A stretch of 64,000 nt of DNA. Origin: Candidatus Eiseniibacteriota bacterium. GTDB lineage: Bacteria > Eisenbacteria > RBG-16-71-46. Location: positions 1,152,001-1,216,000 of the forward strand of contig CAVSAC010000014.1 in the NCBI GenBank assembly GCA_963725865.1, written 5' to 3'. Under the pieces are notes generated by a model. It was not told where the DNA came from, did not search any database, and saw nothing but the letters and a program-made list of their open reading frames with translations. Within the stretch, counting starts at the first letter, position 1. Each line of letters starts with the position of its first letter. Positions 8,800 through 17,200 of this stretch are shown one piece after another. Both the position numbers and the translations under genes were made by a program.

Positions 8800-9812
8800 G
8801 CGCGAACCGCAAGCGGGCAGCGAAGCGCAAGTCGGCCTCCCGGGCGGCGAGCGCCGCGGGGGCGGCGAGGCCGAAGCGCGCGACAGCGCAGCGGACGAAG
8901 GCTCACGCGCGCGCGAAGGTCGCACCAGCGCCGCCGCGTGCGAGCGCGACGAGCAAGCCGGCCCCCGTCCGCGCGAGCGGCGGCCCGGCGAAGGGAGCGA
9001 AGGCCAAGGCGACTCGCCGGCCGATCCGGCGCGTGGCCGCCGCCACCAGTCCGTGGGAGAAGGCCGCCCGCGCCCGCGCCGCGCTCCGGGCGGGCCGCAC
9101 CGCCGCCGCGGCGAAGGCCGCGCGCACGCGCGCCGGTCGCAAGGCCGGTCGCACCGCCGCCGCGAAGCGGCTGGCGGCGCGGCGAGCCGCGGAGCGCGCG
9201 GCCGCTCCCCGCCCGGCCCCGCGCGCAGCGGCACCTCGCCGACCGGCGGCCGCGCCGCCTCGACGCCCCGCACCACCGAAGCTGCGGGTGGTCCGGCGCC
9301 CCGCGCCGCCGTCGCCGGCGTTCCCGCAAGCGCGGGACGGTTCGGCCAAGCAGCGCGTATTGTTCGAGCTGGTGCGTGCCCGCACCGCGCTGATGGCCGC
9401 GCTCCACGGCCTCGGCGGCGGGACCGAGGAGCGGCCGCTCGGACCGGGCCGCTGGTCGATCCGCGAGGCGGTGCTCCATCTGGTGACGCGCGATCGCGCG
9501 CGTCTCCAGGAGTTCGAGTCCACGCTCCACGGCCGCCGCGCGTCGTGGATCGACCTGCCCCAGGTAACCACCACGCGCATGAACGAGGAGGCGCTCGCTC
9601 CGCTGCGGCATCACGGCTGGGACGATGCGCTGCGGATGCTCCAGCTCACCCGGCAGCAGCTGATGGAGGCGATCGAGGCGATCCCCGCCGAGCCAGCCGA
9701 GCGCTGGACCCAGGAACATCCGTTCGGGGAGATGCTGCTGATGCTGCCGCCGCACGACCGCCGTCACGCCGAACAGATCAAGGCCGCCCGGATGGCCGCC
9801 GCGCCGCGCTGA
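8796..9812 (+). CDS. DinB-family protein with about 170-aa Lys/Arg/Ala-rich N-terminal extension
   Basis: ATGA overlap; C-terminal WSIREAVLHL...HDRRHAEQI DinB signature. Confidence 0.75.
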   Translation: MSANRKRAAKRKSASRAASAAGAARPKRATAQRTKAHARAKVAPAPPRASATSKPAPVRASGGPAKGAKAKATRRPIRRVAAATSPWEKAARARAALRAGRTAAAAKAARTRAGRKAGRTAAAKRLAARRAAERAAAPRPAPRAAAPRRPAAAPPRRPAPPKLRVVRRPAPPSPAFPQARDGSAKQRVLFELVRARTALMAALHGLGGGTEERPLGPGRWSIREAVLHLVTRDRARLQEFESTLHGRRASWIDLPQVTTTRMNEEALAPLRHHGWDDALRMLQLTRQQLMEAIEAIPAEPAERWTQEHPFGEMLLMLPPHDRRHAEQIKAARMAAAPR

Positions 9813-9916
9813 CCATCCCGTCCGCTCGTGTCCGCGGCACCCGTGCGGGCGCCGCTTCCAGTCCATCCGGCCGCGCCCGGCCGCAGTTCGTCCCATCGAC
9901 CCTCGGGAGGAAGTCC

Positions 9917-10507
9917 ATGTCACCCCGTCTCACCCGTCTCGCGCCGCTGGCCGTCGTGCTCGCGCTCACCGGATTCGCGCTCTACGTGCCTACGCTCGCC
10001 TCCTCGCAGTCAGGCGCCCCGCCGCAGGGCGGAGCCCAGGGCGCTCCGTCGCAGGGACGCGGGCCGATGGGGCCGCGGCCCGGGTGGGCGGCGGTGGACT
10101 CGTTCGCGTCCGACCGCGACAGCATGGCCAAGGTGGTGCTCGAGCGCATTGCGGGCCGCGAGGAGCAGCCGGCCGAGAGCGTGTTCAAGAACATCAAGGT
10201 GATGAAGGGCGTGCCCGCCGGCCGGCTGGTGCGCATCATGAACGGCGGCTTCGGACGCAGCCTCGGCGTCGGCTGCGAGCACTGCCACGTGCCCGGGCAC
10301 TGGGCCGACGAGGACAAGAAGCAGAAGCAGGTCGCGCGTGACATGATGGCGATGGTGGACACCATCAACCGGGTGCTGCTGCCGCACATCGCGAACCTCC
10401 AGAGCGAGCAGCCGCACGTGAACTGCGGCGTGTGTCATCGCGGGGCGCCGCGCCCCGGCGCCGAGATGGGCGGCCCGCGCCCCGGCGGCGATCGCGCTCC
10501 ACGCTGA
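9917..10507 (+). CDS. Secreted dihaem c-type cytochrome (reaction-centre cytochrome c subunit-like family)
   Basis: GGAGG RBS; signal peptide; KNIKVMKG; CEHCH and CGVCH; ARDMM. Confidence 0.85.
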   Translation: MSPRLTRLAPLAVVLALTGFALYVPTLASSQSGAPPQGGAQGAPSQGRGPMGPRPGWAAVDSFASDRDSMAKVVLERIAGREEQPAESVFKNIKVMKGVPAGRLVRIMNGGFGRSLGVGCEHCHVPGHWADEDKKQKQVARDMMAMVDTINRVLLPHIANLQSEQPHVNCGVCHRGAPRPGAEMGGPRPGGDRAPR

Positions 10508-10627
10508 ACCGCGCGTGCGCTCGCGCCTCGACAGGGCGTGCGCGCGGCGGCATCATGACGACGACACGAAGCGAACCCCGCCGCCGCGGTCGCGGGCGGC
10601 GACCACGCTGACGCGGAGACCCCACGC

Positions 10628-12091
10628 ATGACCGACACGCTCGCGCCGCTCCAGCCGGGCCGGCTGCTGATCGACGGGCAGTCGATCGACGCCGTGGCCG
10701 GCCGCACCTTCACCACCGTCAATCCGGCCACCGAGGTCCCGCTCTGCGAGGTGGCCGAGGCCGGGCCCGAGGATGTCGACCGCGCGGTGCGCGCCGCGCG
10801 CGCCGCGTTCGACGGCGGACCGTGGTCCAAGATGCGCGCGGCCGAGCGCCAGCGCATCCTCTGGCGGCTCGGCGACCTGATTCTGGAGCACGGCGACGAG
10901 CTGGCGCGGCTCGAGACGCTCGACAACGGCAAGCCGATCTTCGAGTCGCGCCAGGTCGACATCCCGATGGTCGCGGGCTGCTTCCACTACTTCTCGGGGT
11001 GGGCCACCAAGCTCACCGGCGACACCGTGCCGGTGAATCCGGCGTACCACACCTACACGCTGCGCGAGCCGGTCGGCGTGGTGGGTGCGATCATCCCGTG
11101 GAACTTCCCGATGATCATGGTGGGCTGGAAGTGCGCGCCGGCGCTCGCGGCGGGGAACACCGTGGTGCTGAAGCCGGCCGAGCTCACGCCGCTCACCGCC
11201 CTGCGCATCGGCGCGCTCGCGCTCGAGGCCGGCCTGCCGCCGGGCGTGCTGAACGTGATCAGCGGCAAGGGCGCGGTCGCGGGCGAGGCGCTGGTCCAGC
11301 ACCCGGGCGTGGACAAGATCTCGTTCACCGGTTCGACCGAGGTCGGCAAACACATCATGCGCGCGTCCGCCGACACGCTGAAGAAGGTCACGCTCGAGCT
11401 GGGCGGCAAGTCGCCGAACATCGTGTTCGCCGACGCCGACCTGGACGCCGCGCTGCGCGGGGCGACCACCGGCATCTTCTACGGCAAGGGCGAGGTGTGC
11501 GCCGCCGGGTCGCGCCTGCTGGTCGAGGCCAGCGTGTACGACGAGTTCGTCGCCCGGCTCGCCGAGCGCGCGAAGAAGGTGCTGCCCGGCGATCCGCTCG
11601 ATCCCAAGACCCGGCTCGGCGCCCTGGTGAGCCGCGACCAGATGGAGAAGGTGCTCGGCTACGTGAAGACCGGCGTCGGCGAGGGCGCCACGCTGCTGGC
11701 CGGCGGCGAGCGCATGCCGATCGGCGGCAAGGGCTGGTTCGTGCCCGGCACGGTGCTGGGCGGGGTCGACAATCACATGCGCGTCGCGCAGGAGGAGATC
11801 TTCGGGCCGGTGCTCGCGGTCATCCGCTTCGACGGGACCGACGACGCGGTCGCGCAGGCCAACGACGTGCCGTTCGGCCTGGCGGCCGGGGTGTGGACCC
11901 GCGACGTCAAGAAGGCGCACTCGGTCGCGCGGCGCCTGCGGGCCGGCACGGTGTGGATCAACATGTACAACTTCTACGATCCCGCGATGCCCTTCGGCGG
12001 AGTCAAGGCGTCGGGATTCGGCCGCGACCTCGGCGCCGACAGCCTGTACGAGTACTCCCAGGTCAAGAGTGTCTGGACCAGCATCGAGTGA
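10628..12091 (+). CDS. NAD(P)+-dependent aldehyde dehydrogenase
   Basis: IIPWNFP; KPAE; FTGS; LELGGKSP; GEVCAAG; EEIFGPV; PFGG. Confidence 0.95.
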   Translation: MTDTLAPLQPGRLLIDGQSIDAVAGRTFTTVNPATEVPLCEVAEAGPEDVDRAVRAARAAFDGGPWSKMRAAERQRILWRLGDLILEHGDELARLETLDNGKPIFESRQVDIPMVAGCFHYFSGWATKLTGDTVPVNPAYHTYTLREPVGVVGAIIPWNFPMIMVGWKCAPALAAGNTVVLKPAELTPLTALRIGALALEAGLPPGVLNVISGKGAVAGEALVQHPGVDKISFTGSTEVGKHIMRASADTLKKVTLELGGKSPNIVFADADLDAALRGATTGIFYGKGEVCAAGSRLLVEASVYDEFVARLAERAKKVLPGDPLDPKTRLGALVSRDQMEKVLGYVKTGVGEGATLLAGGERMPIGGKGWFVPGTVLGGVDNHMRVAQEEIFGPVLAVIRFDGTDDAVAQANDVPFGLAAGVWTRDVKKAHSVARRLRAGTVWINMYNFYDPAMPFGGVKASGFGRDLGADSLYEYSQVKSVWTSIE

Positions 12092-12101
12092 GGAGGCTGT
12101 C

Positions 12102-13238
12102 GTGGACCGGCTGCTCTACGTGATCGCGTACACCACCGACCTCGCAGGCATGACGCGGTTCTACCGCGACGAGATCGGCCTCGAGAGCGCTCAGCAGAAC
12201 GCGCACTGGGCGGACTACCACACCGGCGGTGCGCGGCTGGGGACCATGGAGGTCCATCCGGGGATGGCGTGCGAGATCGAGATCTCACTGCACGCTCCCG
12301 AGCTGGAGGCCACCGTCGCCGCGCTGCGCGCGCGGGGCGTGTCCTTCATGGGCCCGATCAAGACCATTCCCTACGGTCGCCTGGCGCACCTGCGCGATCC
12401 CAACGGCACGCTGATCTCGCTGTATGCGCCCGACCGGGTGCCGGAGCCGCTCGCGAGCGAACCCGGACTCCTGCTGCTGATCAACGCCGACGACTTCGGC
12501 CGCACCGTCGCGTTCTATCGCGACACGCTCCGCCTCGAGGTGGCCGCGGAGGCCGCGGGGTGGGTGGAGTTCGACACCGGCGGCTCGCGCATCACCGTGC
12601 ACCGGCGGCCGCGCGGCGGCGACCATCCGGACCACGCCTCGCAGAAGGTGGTGTTCGGGTTCGAGGTCGCGAGCCTCGATCGGTCCGCCGCTTCGATGCG
12701 TGCGCGCGGACTCCACTTCTCGACCGCGCCCACCGACGAGGACTTCGGCCCGTATGCCGAGGCGACCGATCCCGAGGGCAACGTGGTCGTGTTCCGCGAG
12801 CCGACTCCGGAGCCCGCGCTCGAGGAGGTGCTGGCCGAGGCGTACGCGGACGACGACGCGCCCGCGCGCATCGCCATCCGCAAACCGGTCCAGAAGCAGT
12901 CGAAGGCCATCAGTCGAGTGGTCAACCGGCCCGAGTACAAGGTGAAGAAGGCCGCGGCACTGAAGGCCCCTGCGACCTCGGCCGAGCCGGCCCCGCGCGC
13001 GAGCGCGACCAACTCGACGCGCAAGCGGGCTGCCGCCTCCAAGCGAGGAGCCGGGCAGGCCGGCGCCCGGCTCAAACCCAAGACCACGCGGGACGTCAAA
13101 CGGGCGAAGTCCAAGCCGGCATCCGGGCGCGCGAAGAAGGCGTCCGCCCGCTCGGCGGCGGGGAAGAAGCGGGCGGTCGCGCGCGCCAGCAAGTCGCGAC
13201 CGGTGAAGCGTGAGGTCAAGGGCGGTCGCAAGCGCTGA
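12102..13238 (+). CDS. Tandem VOC/glyoxalase-domain protein with Lys/Arg/Ala-rich C-terminal tail
   Basis: AGGAGG RBS before GTG; two FYRDxxG/L...DPxG VOC repeats. Confidence 0.8.
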   Translation: MDRLLYVIAYTTDLAGMTRFYRDEIGLESAQQNAHWADYHTGGARLGTMEVHPGMACEIEISLHAPELEATVAALRARGVSFMGPIKTIPYGRLAHLRDPNGTLISLYAPDRVPEPLASEPGLLLLINADDFGRTVAFYRDTLRLEVAAEAAGWVEFDTGGSRITVHRRPRGGDHPDHASQKVVFGFEVASLDRSAASMRARGLHFSTAPTDEDFGPYAEATDPEGNVVVFREPTPEPALEEVLAEAYADDDAPARIAIRKPVQKQSKAISRVVNRPEYKVKKAAALKAPATSAEPAPRASATNSTRKRAAASKRGAGQAGARLKPKTTRDVKRAKSKPASGRAKKASARSAAGKKRAVARASKSRPVKREVKGGRKR

Positions 13239-13494
13239 CCGATCCGTTGAATGCACCGCGGCCGCCGATCCCTTGCGGGCTCGACGGCCGCGCTGTCGGT
13301 GGGCCGTGCGGCGACCGCCGCCGGCCCGGATAGTCCGCGGGCGCCTTTCCCGTCTGTCCCCCGACCATGACGGTTCCAGCGCCCGAGGTTCCCAGCGTCG
13401 GGTTTTCACGCCCGTACTCGACGTGATTTCCCGGACGACAGTATGCGAGACCGGGCTTGCCGACCGGCATGTCTCATATTCGAGACGGCCCGTA

Positions 13495-13523
13495 TTGCCG
13501 TTGGGGCCCGACGCTTCTACTAT
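13495..13523 (+). promoter_or_regulatory. Putative sigma70 promoter for the two-component operon
   Basis: TTGCCG-17 nt-TACTAT, 10 nt before the ATG at 13534. Confidence 0.5.
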
Positions 13524-13533
13524 TGAGCCAGCG

Positions 13534-15846
13534 ATGTCGCACGCCCCGTCGAGCACGGGGCACCCCCCGCGCCCCGCCGTGTTGCCCGCTCTGGTGGCCG
13601 CCGCCGTCGTGGCCGTGGCCGGCTTCGGCGTGCTCGTGATGCTGCCTCCCCACATCGCCCTCGAGCCGCGGATCGCCAGCGAGAACTCCAGCTTCTGCAT
13701 CCCGGTGGACGCGCTCGCGGTCGCCCAGCACGACTTCGCCATTGGTGACGATCATCACGTGCTGCTGGTGCGCCTGCTGGACGACCAGCTCAAGGCCGTG
13801 TGGCAGTCGAATGACTTCTCCAGCGTGGTGCGCACGACACGCGCGCTCGACGTGGACGGCGACGGCGCGGAGGAGGTGTGCCAGTACTCCGGTGACTCCA
13901 CCGCCGCGTTCGCATGGGCGCTCGGCGCCGACCGCCGCGAGCGACTGCGCATCGGCCCGCTGCGCGACACCTCGGAGCGTCCCGACGTGCCGTGGGACGG
14001 CCAGATCACGCTCGACGACGCGTTCGAGCTGCGCGGGCGGCGGGTGCTCGTCTGCCGGCTGATGGCGGGATTCTCGCGCCGCCCGCGCGGGGTGACGCTG
14101 GCCGATGGCGAGACCCGGGCGCGGCTGTGGACGTTCGACATGGGCGCGCTCCCGGTCGAGGCGCGGGCCGTGGACCTCGACGGGGACGGAACGACGTCGG
14201 TGCTGGTCACCACCGCGTCGCCCGACAACGGCGTCGACCGCAACGGCAGCGACGATGGCCACGCCTACGCGATCGCGCTCGACGCCGACGGGCACCGCCG
14301 CTGGCAGGTCGAGCTGGGGGGCGCGTTCAGTTCCAGCCACGCCTGCGTGCTGCCGCATCCGGTCGGCCACGACACGCCGCGCGTCGTGGCGACGTTCAGC
14401 AGCCGCCACGCGCGCGGCCCGGAGCCGGGGCGACTCGTGCTGATCGATGCACGCAGCGGCCAGGTGGTCGATCGTCACGAGTTCCCGGAGGGCCTCGGGA
14501 CCCCGCGCCCGCTGGGCGAGGGTGACCAGTTCGCGGTCGGCTCCGTCGACGGCTGGCTGCGCGTGTTCGACCACGGCCTGCGCCGCGCCCACGAGCGCCG
14601 GTTCGGGCCCTCGGTCGAGGCGTGGGGGTGCACGGACCTGGACGGCGACGGCGAGGTCGAGATCGTCGCGTCGACTCCGACCGAGGTGCTGATGCTCGAA
14701 CGCGACTGCCAGGTGCGCGCGCGGCTGCCGGTCAACGGCCGCGCGGCGCCGGTCCCGGTGGGGATCGCGCGCGCCGGCGCGGGGCGCACGCGGCTCGCGG
14801 TCTGCGACGGCCGCGCGCTGATCGTGGAGGTGCTGCGCCGGCCGCGGATCACCACGCCGGCGGATCTCGCGGTGGTGGCCGGGTTCGCGCTGATCGCCGG
14901 ATTTCTGACCCCGGTGGTACGGCGCGTGCGACGCAAGCCGCGGCCGGCCGGGGCGGCGGCGCGCGAATTCCTGCTCGACTACCATCAGATCCGCCACGAG
15001 ACTTTCGAGAAGGAGCGGCCGTTCGCGCGTGTGCGCCTGTGGGCGCAGGCGTCCGCCGTCGAGCACCCGCTGCCGGCCGACGCGCTCGCCGCGGCGTGCA
15101 GCGAGTTCGAAGGCATCGGGCATCCGACCGTGCGCCGCTACGCCGAGCGCGCGGCCGCGCTCCACGTCGAGGGCAGGCGCGTCCGAAGCATCCGTCGCCA
15201 CGCGGCGCGCGCGGCGTCGCTGCTGAGGGAGGCGCGATACGCTCCCGAGCCCGAGCGGCTCACGCGGGTAACCGCGGTGCTGGCCGAGCTCGACGCGCTG
15301 GCGTCCGACTGCTACGAGGCCTACTGGGAGGTCGTGACCCGCGCGCCGTGTCGGCCGAGCGAGGTGGTGGCCGAGGCGATGTTCGCCAAGGCGGCGCTGC
15401 TGGACGCGCTCGGCGCGCACGTGCACTACGAGGTCCATCCCGCCGCGCGCCAGCCGGTGCTGTTCGATCGCGACGAGATGGTGGCGATCGTGGGCGAGAT
15501 CGTGGAGAACTGCGCCCGCGCCCTGACGAGCCAGCCGGACGCGCGCATCGACGTGGGGCTCGGCGAGTACCCGGCCGATCCGCGGCGCGTGCTGATCACG
15601 CTGCGCGACAATGGTCATGGCGTCCCGCCCGAGATGCGTGCGCGGTTGTTCACCCCCGAGGCCTCGACCCGTGAGGGCGGCGGCTTCGGCCTCTACCATG
15701 CCCGCGAGGTGGCGCGCCGCTGGCTCGCCGATCTCACGCTCGAAGAGCCGCCCGAGGGCCAGGGCTCCGAGGCGCGGCTGGTGGTGCGTGCCTGCCGCGT
15801 GGTGGACCGCCGCGACATCGGTGTCCGCGAGGAGCGCCGGCCATGA
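13534..15846 (+). CDS. Membrane sensor histidine kinase with FG-GAP/beta-propeller-like extracytoplasmic domain
   Basis: Two TM segments flanking three DxDGDG motifs; HATPase boxes IVENCARAL, DNGHG, GGFGL. Confidence 0.8.
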   Translation: MSHAPSSTGHPPRPAVLPALVAAAVVAVAGFGVLVMLPPHIALEPRIASENSSFCIPVDALAVAQHDFAIGDDHHVLLVRLLDDQLKAVWQSNDFSSVVRTTRALDVDGDGAEEVCQYSGDSTAAFAWALGADRRERLRIGPLRDTSERPDVPWDGQITLDDAFELRGRRVLVCRLMAGFSRRPRGVTLADGETRARLWTFDMGALPVEARAVDLDGDGTTSVLVTTASPDNGVDRNGSDDGHAYAIALDADGHRRWQVELGGAFSSSHACVLPHPVGHDTPRVVATFSSRHARGPEPGRLVLIDARSGQVVDRHEFPEGLGTPRPLGEGDQFAVGSVDGWLRVFDHGLRRAHERRFGPSVEAWGCTDLDGDGEVEIVASTPTEVLMLERDCQVRARLPVNGRAAPVPVGIARAGAGRTRLAVCDGRALIVEVLRRPRITTPADLAVVAGFALIAGFLTPVVRRVRRKPRPAGAAAREFLLDYHQIRHETFEKERPFARVRLWAQASAVEHPLPADALAAACSEFEGIGHPTVRRYAERAAALHVEGRRVRSIRRHAARAASLLREARYAPEPERLTRVTAVLAELDALASDCYEAYWEVVTRAPCRPSEVVAEAMFAKAALLDALGAHVHYEVHPAARQPVLFDRDEMVAIVGEIVENCARALTSQPDARIDVGLGEYPADPRRVLITLRDNGHGVPPEMRARLFTPEASTREGGGFGLYHAREVARRWLADLTLEEPPEGQGSEARLVVRACRVVDRRDIGVREERRP

Positions 15847-16904
15847 TCCCGCGGATCCTGGTGGTCGAGGACGACCCCGAGCGCCGCGAGGTGGTGCGCG
15901 GCGTGCTGGCGCGCGATCACGAGTGCCGTGCCGTCGGCACGGTCGAGCAGGCGTTCGCCGCCATCGGCGAGGCCCCGTGGGACGCCGCGGTGGTGGACTA
16001 CGATCTCGCCCACGGCGGCAGCGGACTCGAGGTGCTGCAGGCGCTGCGCGAGGCGGCGCCGCGCACGCTGCGGGTGCTGTACACCGTGTACTTCACCGAG
16101 AGCCTGATGCGCGACATCGCGCGGCTCGCGCATCCGCACGCGACGATCGACGCGCGCCCGGTCGACTTCCTGCACCGGCTGCGTGAGAGCGTCACCACGC
16201 TGCTCGCCACCCCGGCGCCCGGCGCCGCGCCGCCGGCGCCCGATCCGAGCGGGCTGTGGGTCGCGGTGGCGCCGGCGACGGTGACGTTCCTCGCGGAGCT
16301 GCGGTGCGCGGCCGAGAGCGAGGCGGCGGTGTTCCTGTACGGCGAGCATGGCGCGGGCTCCACCCAGGCCGCGAAGCTGCTGCGCGAGTGGCGGATCGCG
16401 TGGCGGCTCGGCGAGGTGGTGCGGCCGTGCCTGCAGCTGCCGGCCGCGATCCTGCGGGTACCCCCGCTGCGCGAACGACGCCACGACATTCCCGCGCTCG
16501 CTCAGCGCTACGTGGTCGAGCACGCCCGCGTGACTCACTCCACGCCGCATGGGCTGACCGCCGAGGCGCTCGAGGAGCTGGTGCATCGCGAGTGGCGCGG
16601 CAACCTGCCCGAGCTGCACGGAGTGGTGACTCGCGCGTGCCTGAACGCTGCCTCGCGGGGCGAGATCCACGTCGCGGACCTCGCGCACGACCAGCAGCCG
16701 GCGTGGCGCCCGTCGCAGTACGCCAAGGACGACGGCCAGCGCGAATGCATGCTGCGCCAGCTCCGCACCGCGCGTAATGTGAGCGGCGCCGCACGGCTCG
16801 AGGGTTGCTCGCGCGCCAACTACATCCGCATGATGCGCCGCCTCGGCGTGCTGCGCGCCGACGTGCCGATGGACGTGGGGCTGGAGGGCGACGAGGAGGC
16901 GTAG
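15843..16904 (+). CDS. Response regulator: REC, internally deleted sigma54-type AAA+ domain, Fis-like HTH
   Basis: ILVVEDD...VVDYDL receiver; GEHGAGS; PPLRERRHDIP; WRGNLPEL; NVSGAARLEGCSR; ATGA overlap with kinase. Confidence 0.8.
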   Translation: MIPRILVVEDDPERREVVRGVLARDHECRAVGTVEQAFAAIGEAPWDAAVVDYDLAHGGSGLEVLQALREAAPRTLRVLYTVYFTESLMRDIARLAHPHATIDARPVDFLHRLRESVTTLLATPAPGAAPPAPDPSGLWVAVAPATVTFLAELRCAAESEAAVFLYGEHGAGSTQAAKLLREWRIAWRLGEVVRPCLQLPAAILRVPPLRERRHDIPALAQRYVVEHARVTHSTPHGLTAEALEELVHREWRGNLPELHGVVTRACLNAASRGEIHVADLAHDQQPAWRPSQYAKDDGQRECMLRQLRTARNVSGAARLEGCSRANYIRMMRRLGVLRADVPMDVGLEGDEEA

Positions 16905-17200
16905 GGGCGCTTGCAAGCGCGGCGTCCCTTCGCCAGGCCACGCGGCCCCGGATGTCGTAGGGCCTCACCTCGAGCGGTCCGGACGCGGCGTCCGATGGTT
17001 CTGAAGGCGATCTGCGGACGGGCGTGATTCTCTGAGGTGCGCAGCCGTCGTGGTCCAACGTCCTTGGCCGGCCAGCGCGTCTCGGCGCTCCCCTTGCCAG
17101 CGCTACGGGCTCAAAGGACGCAGGCCGGCTCAGTCGCTGCCCAGGCGCGGGGATCGCGGAGGAGGCGACGCCGCCAGCCTGATGCCTACTGGCGCGTCGG

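Noticed and set aside
9917..10507. Photosynthesis gene
   Set aside because: Only two haem motifs and no pufLM or bch genes; the family is widespread in non-phototrophs
16905..16945. Palindrome gcgcttgcaagcgc as a sigma54 promoter
   Set aside because: No GG at the required -24 spacing on either strand; could be an operator but unsupported
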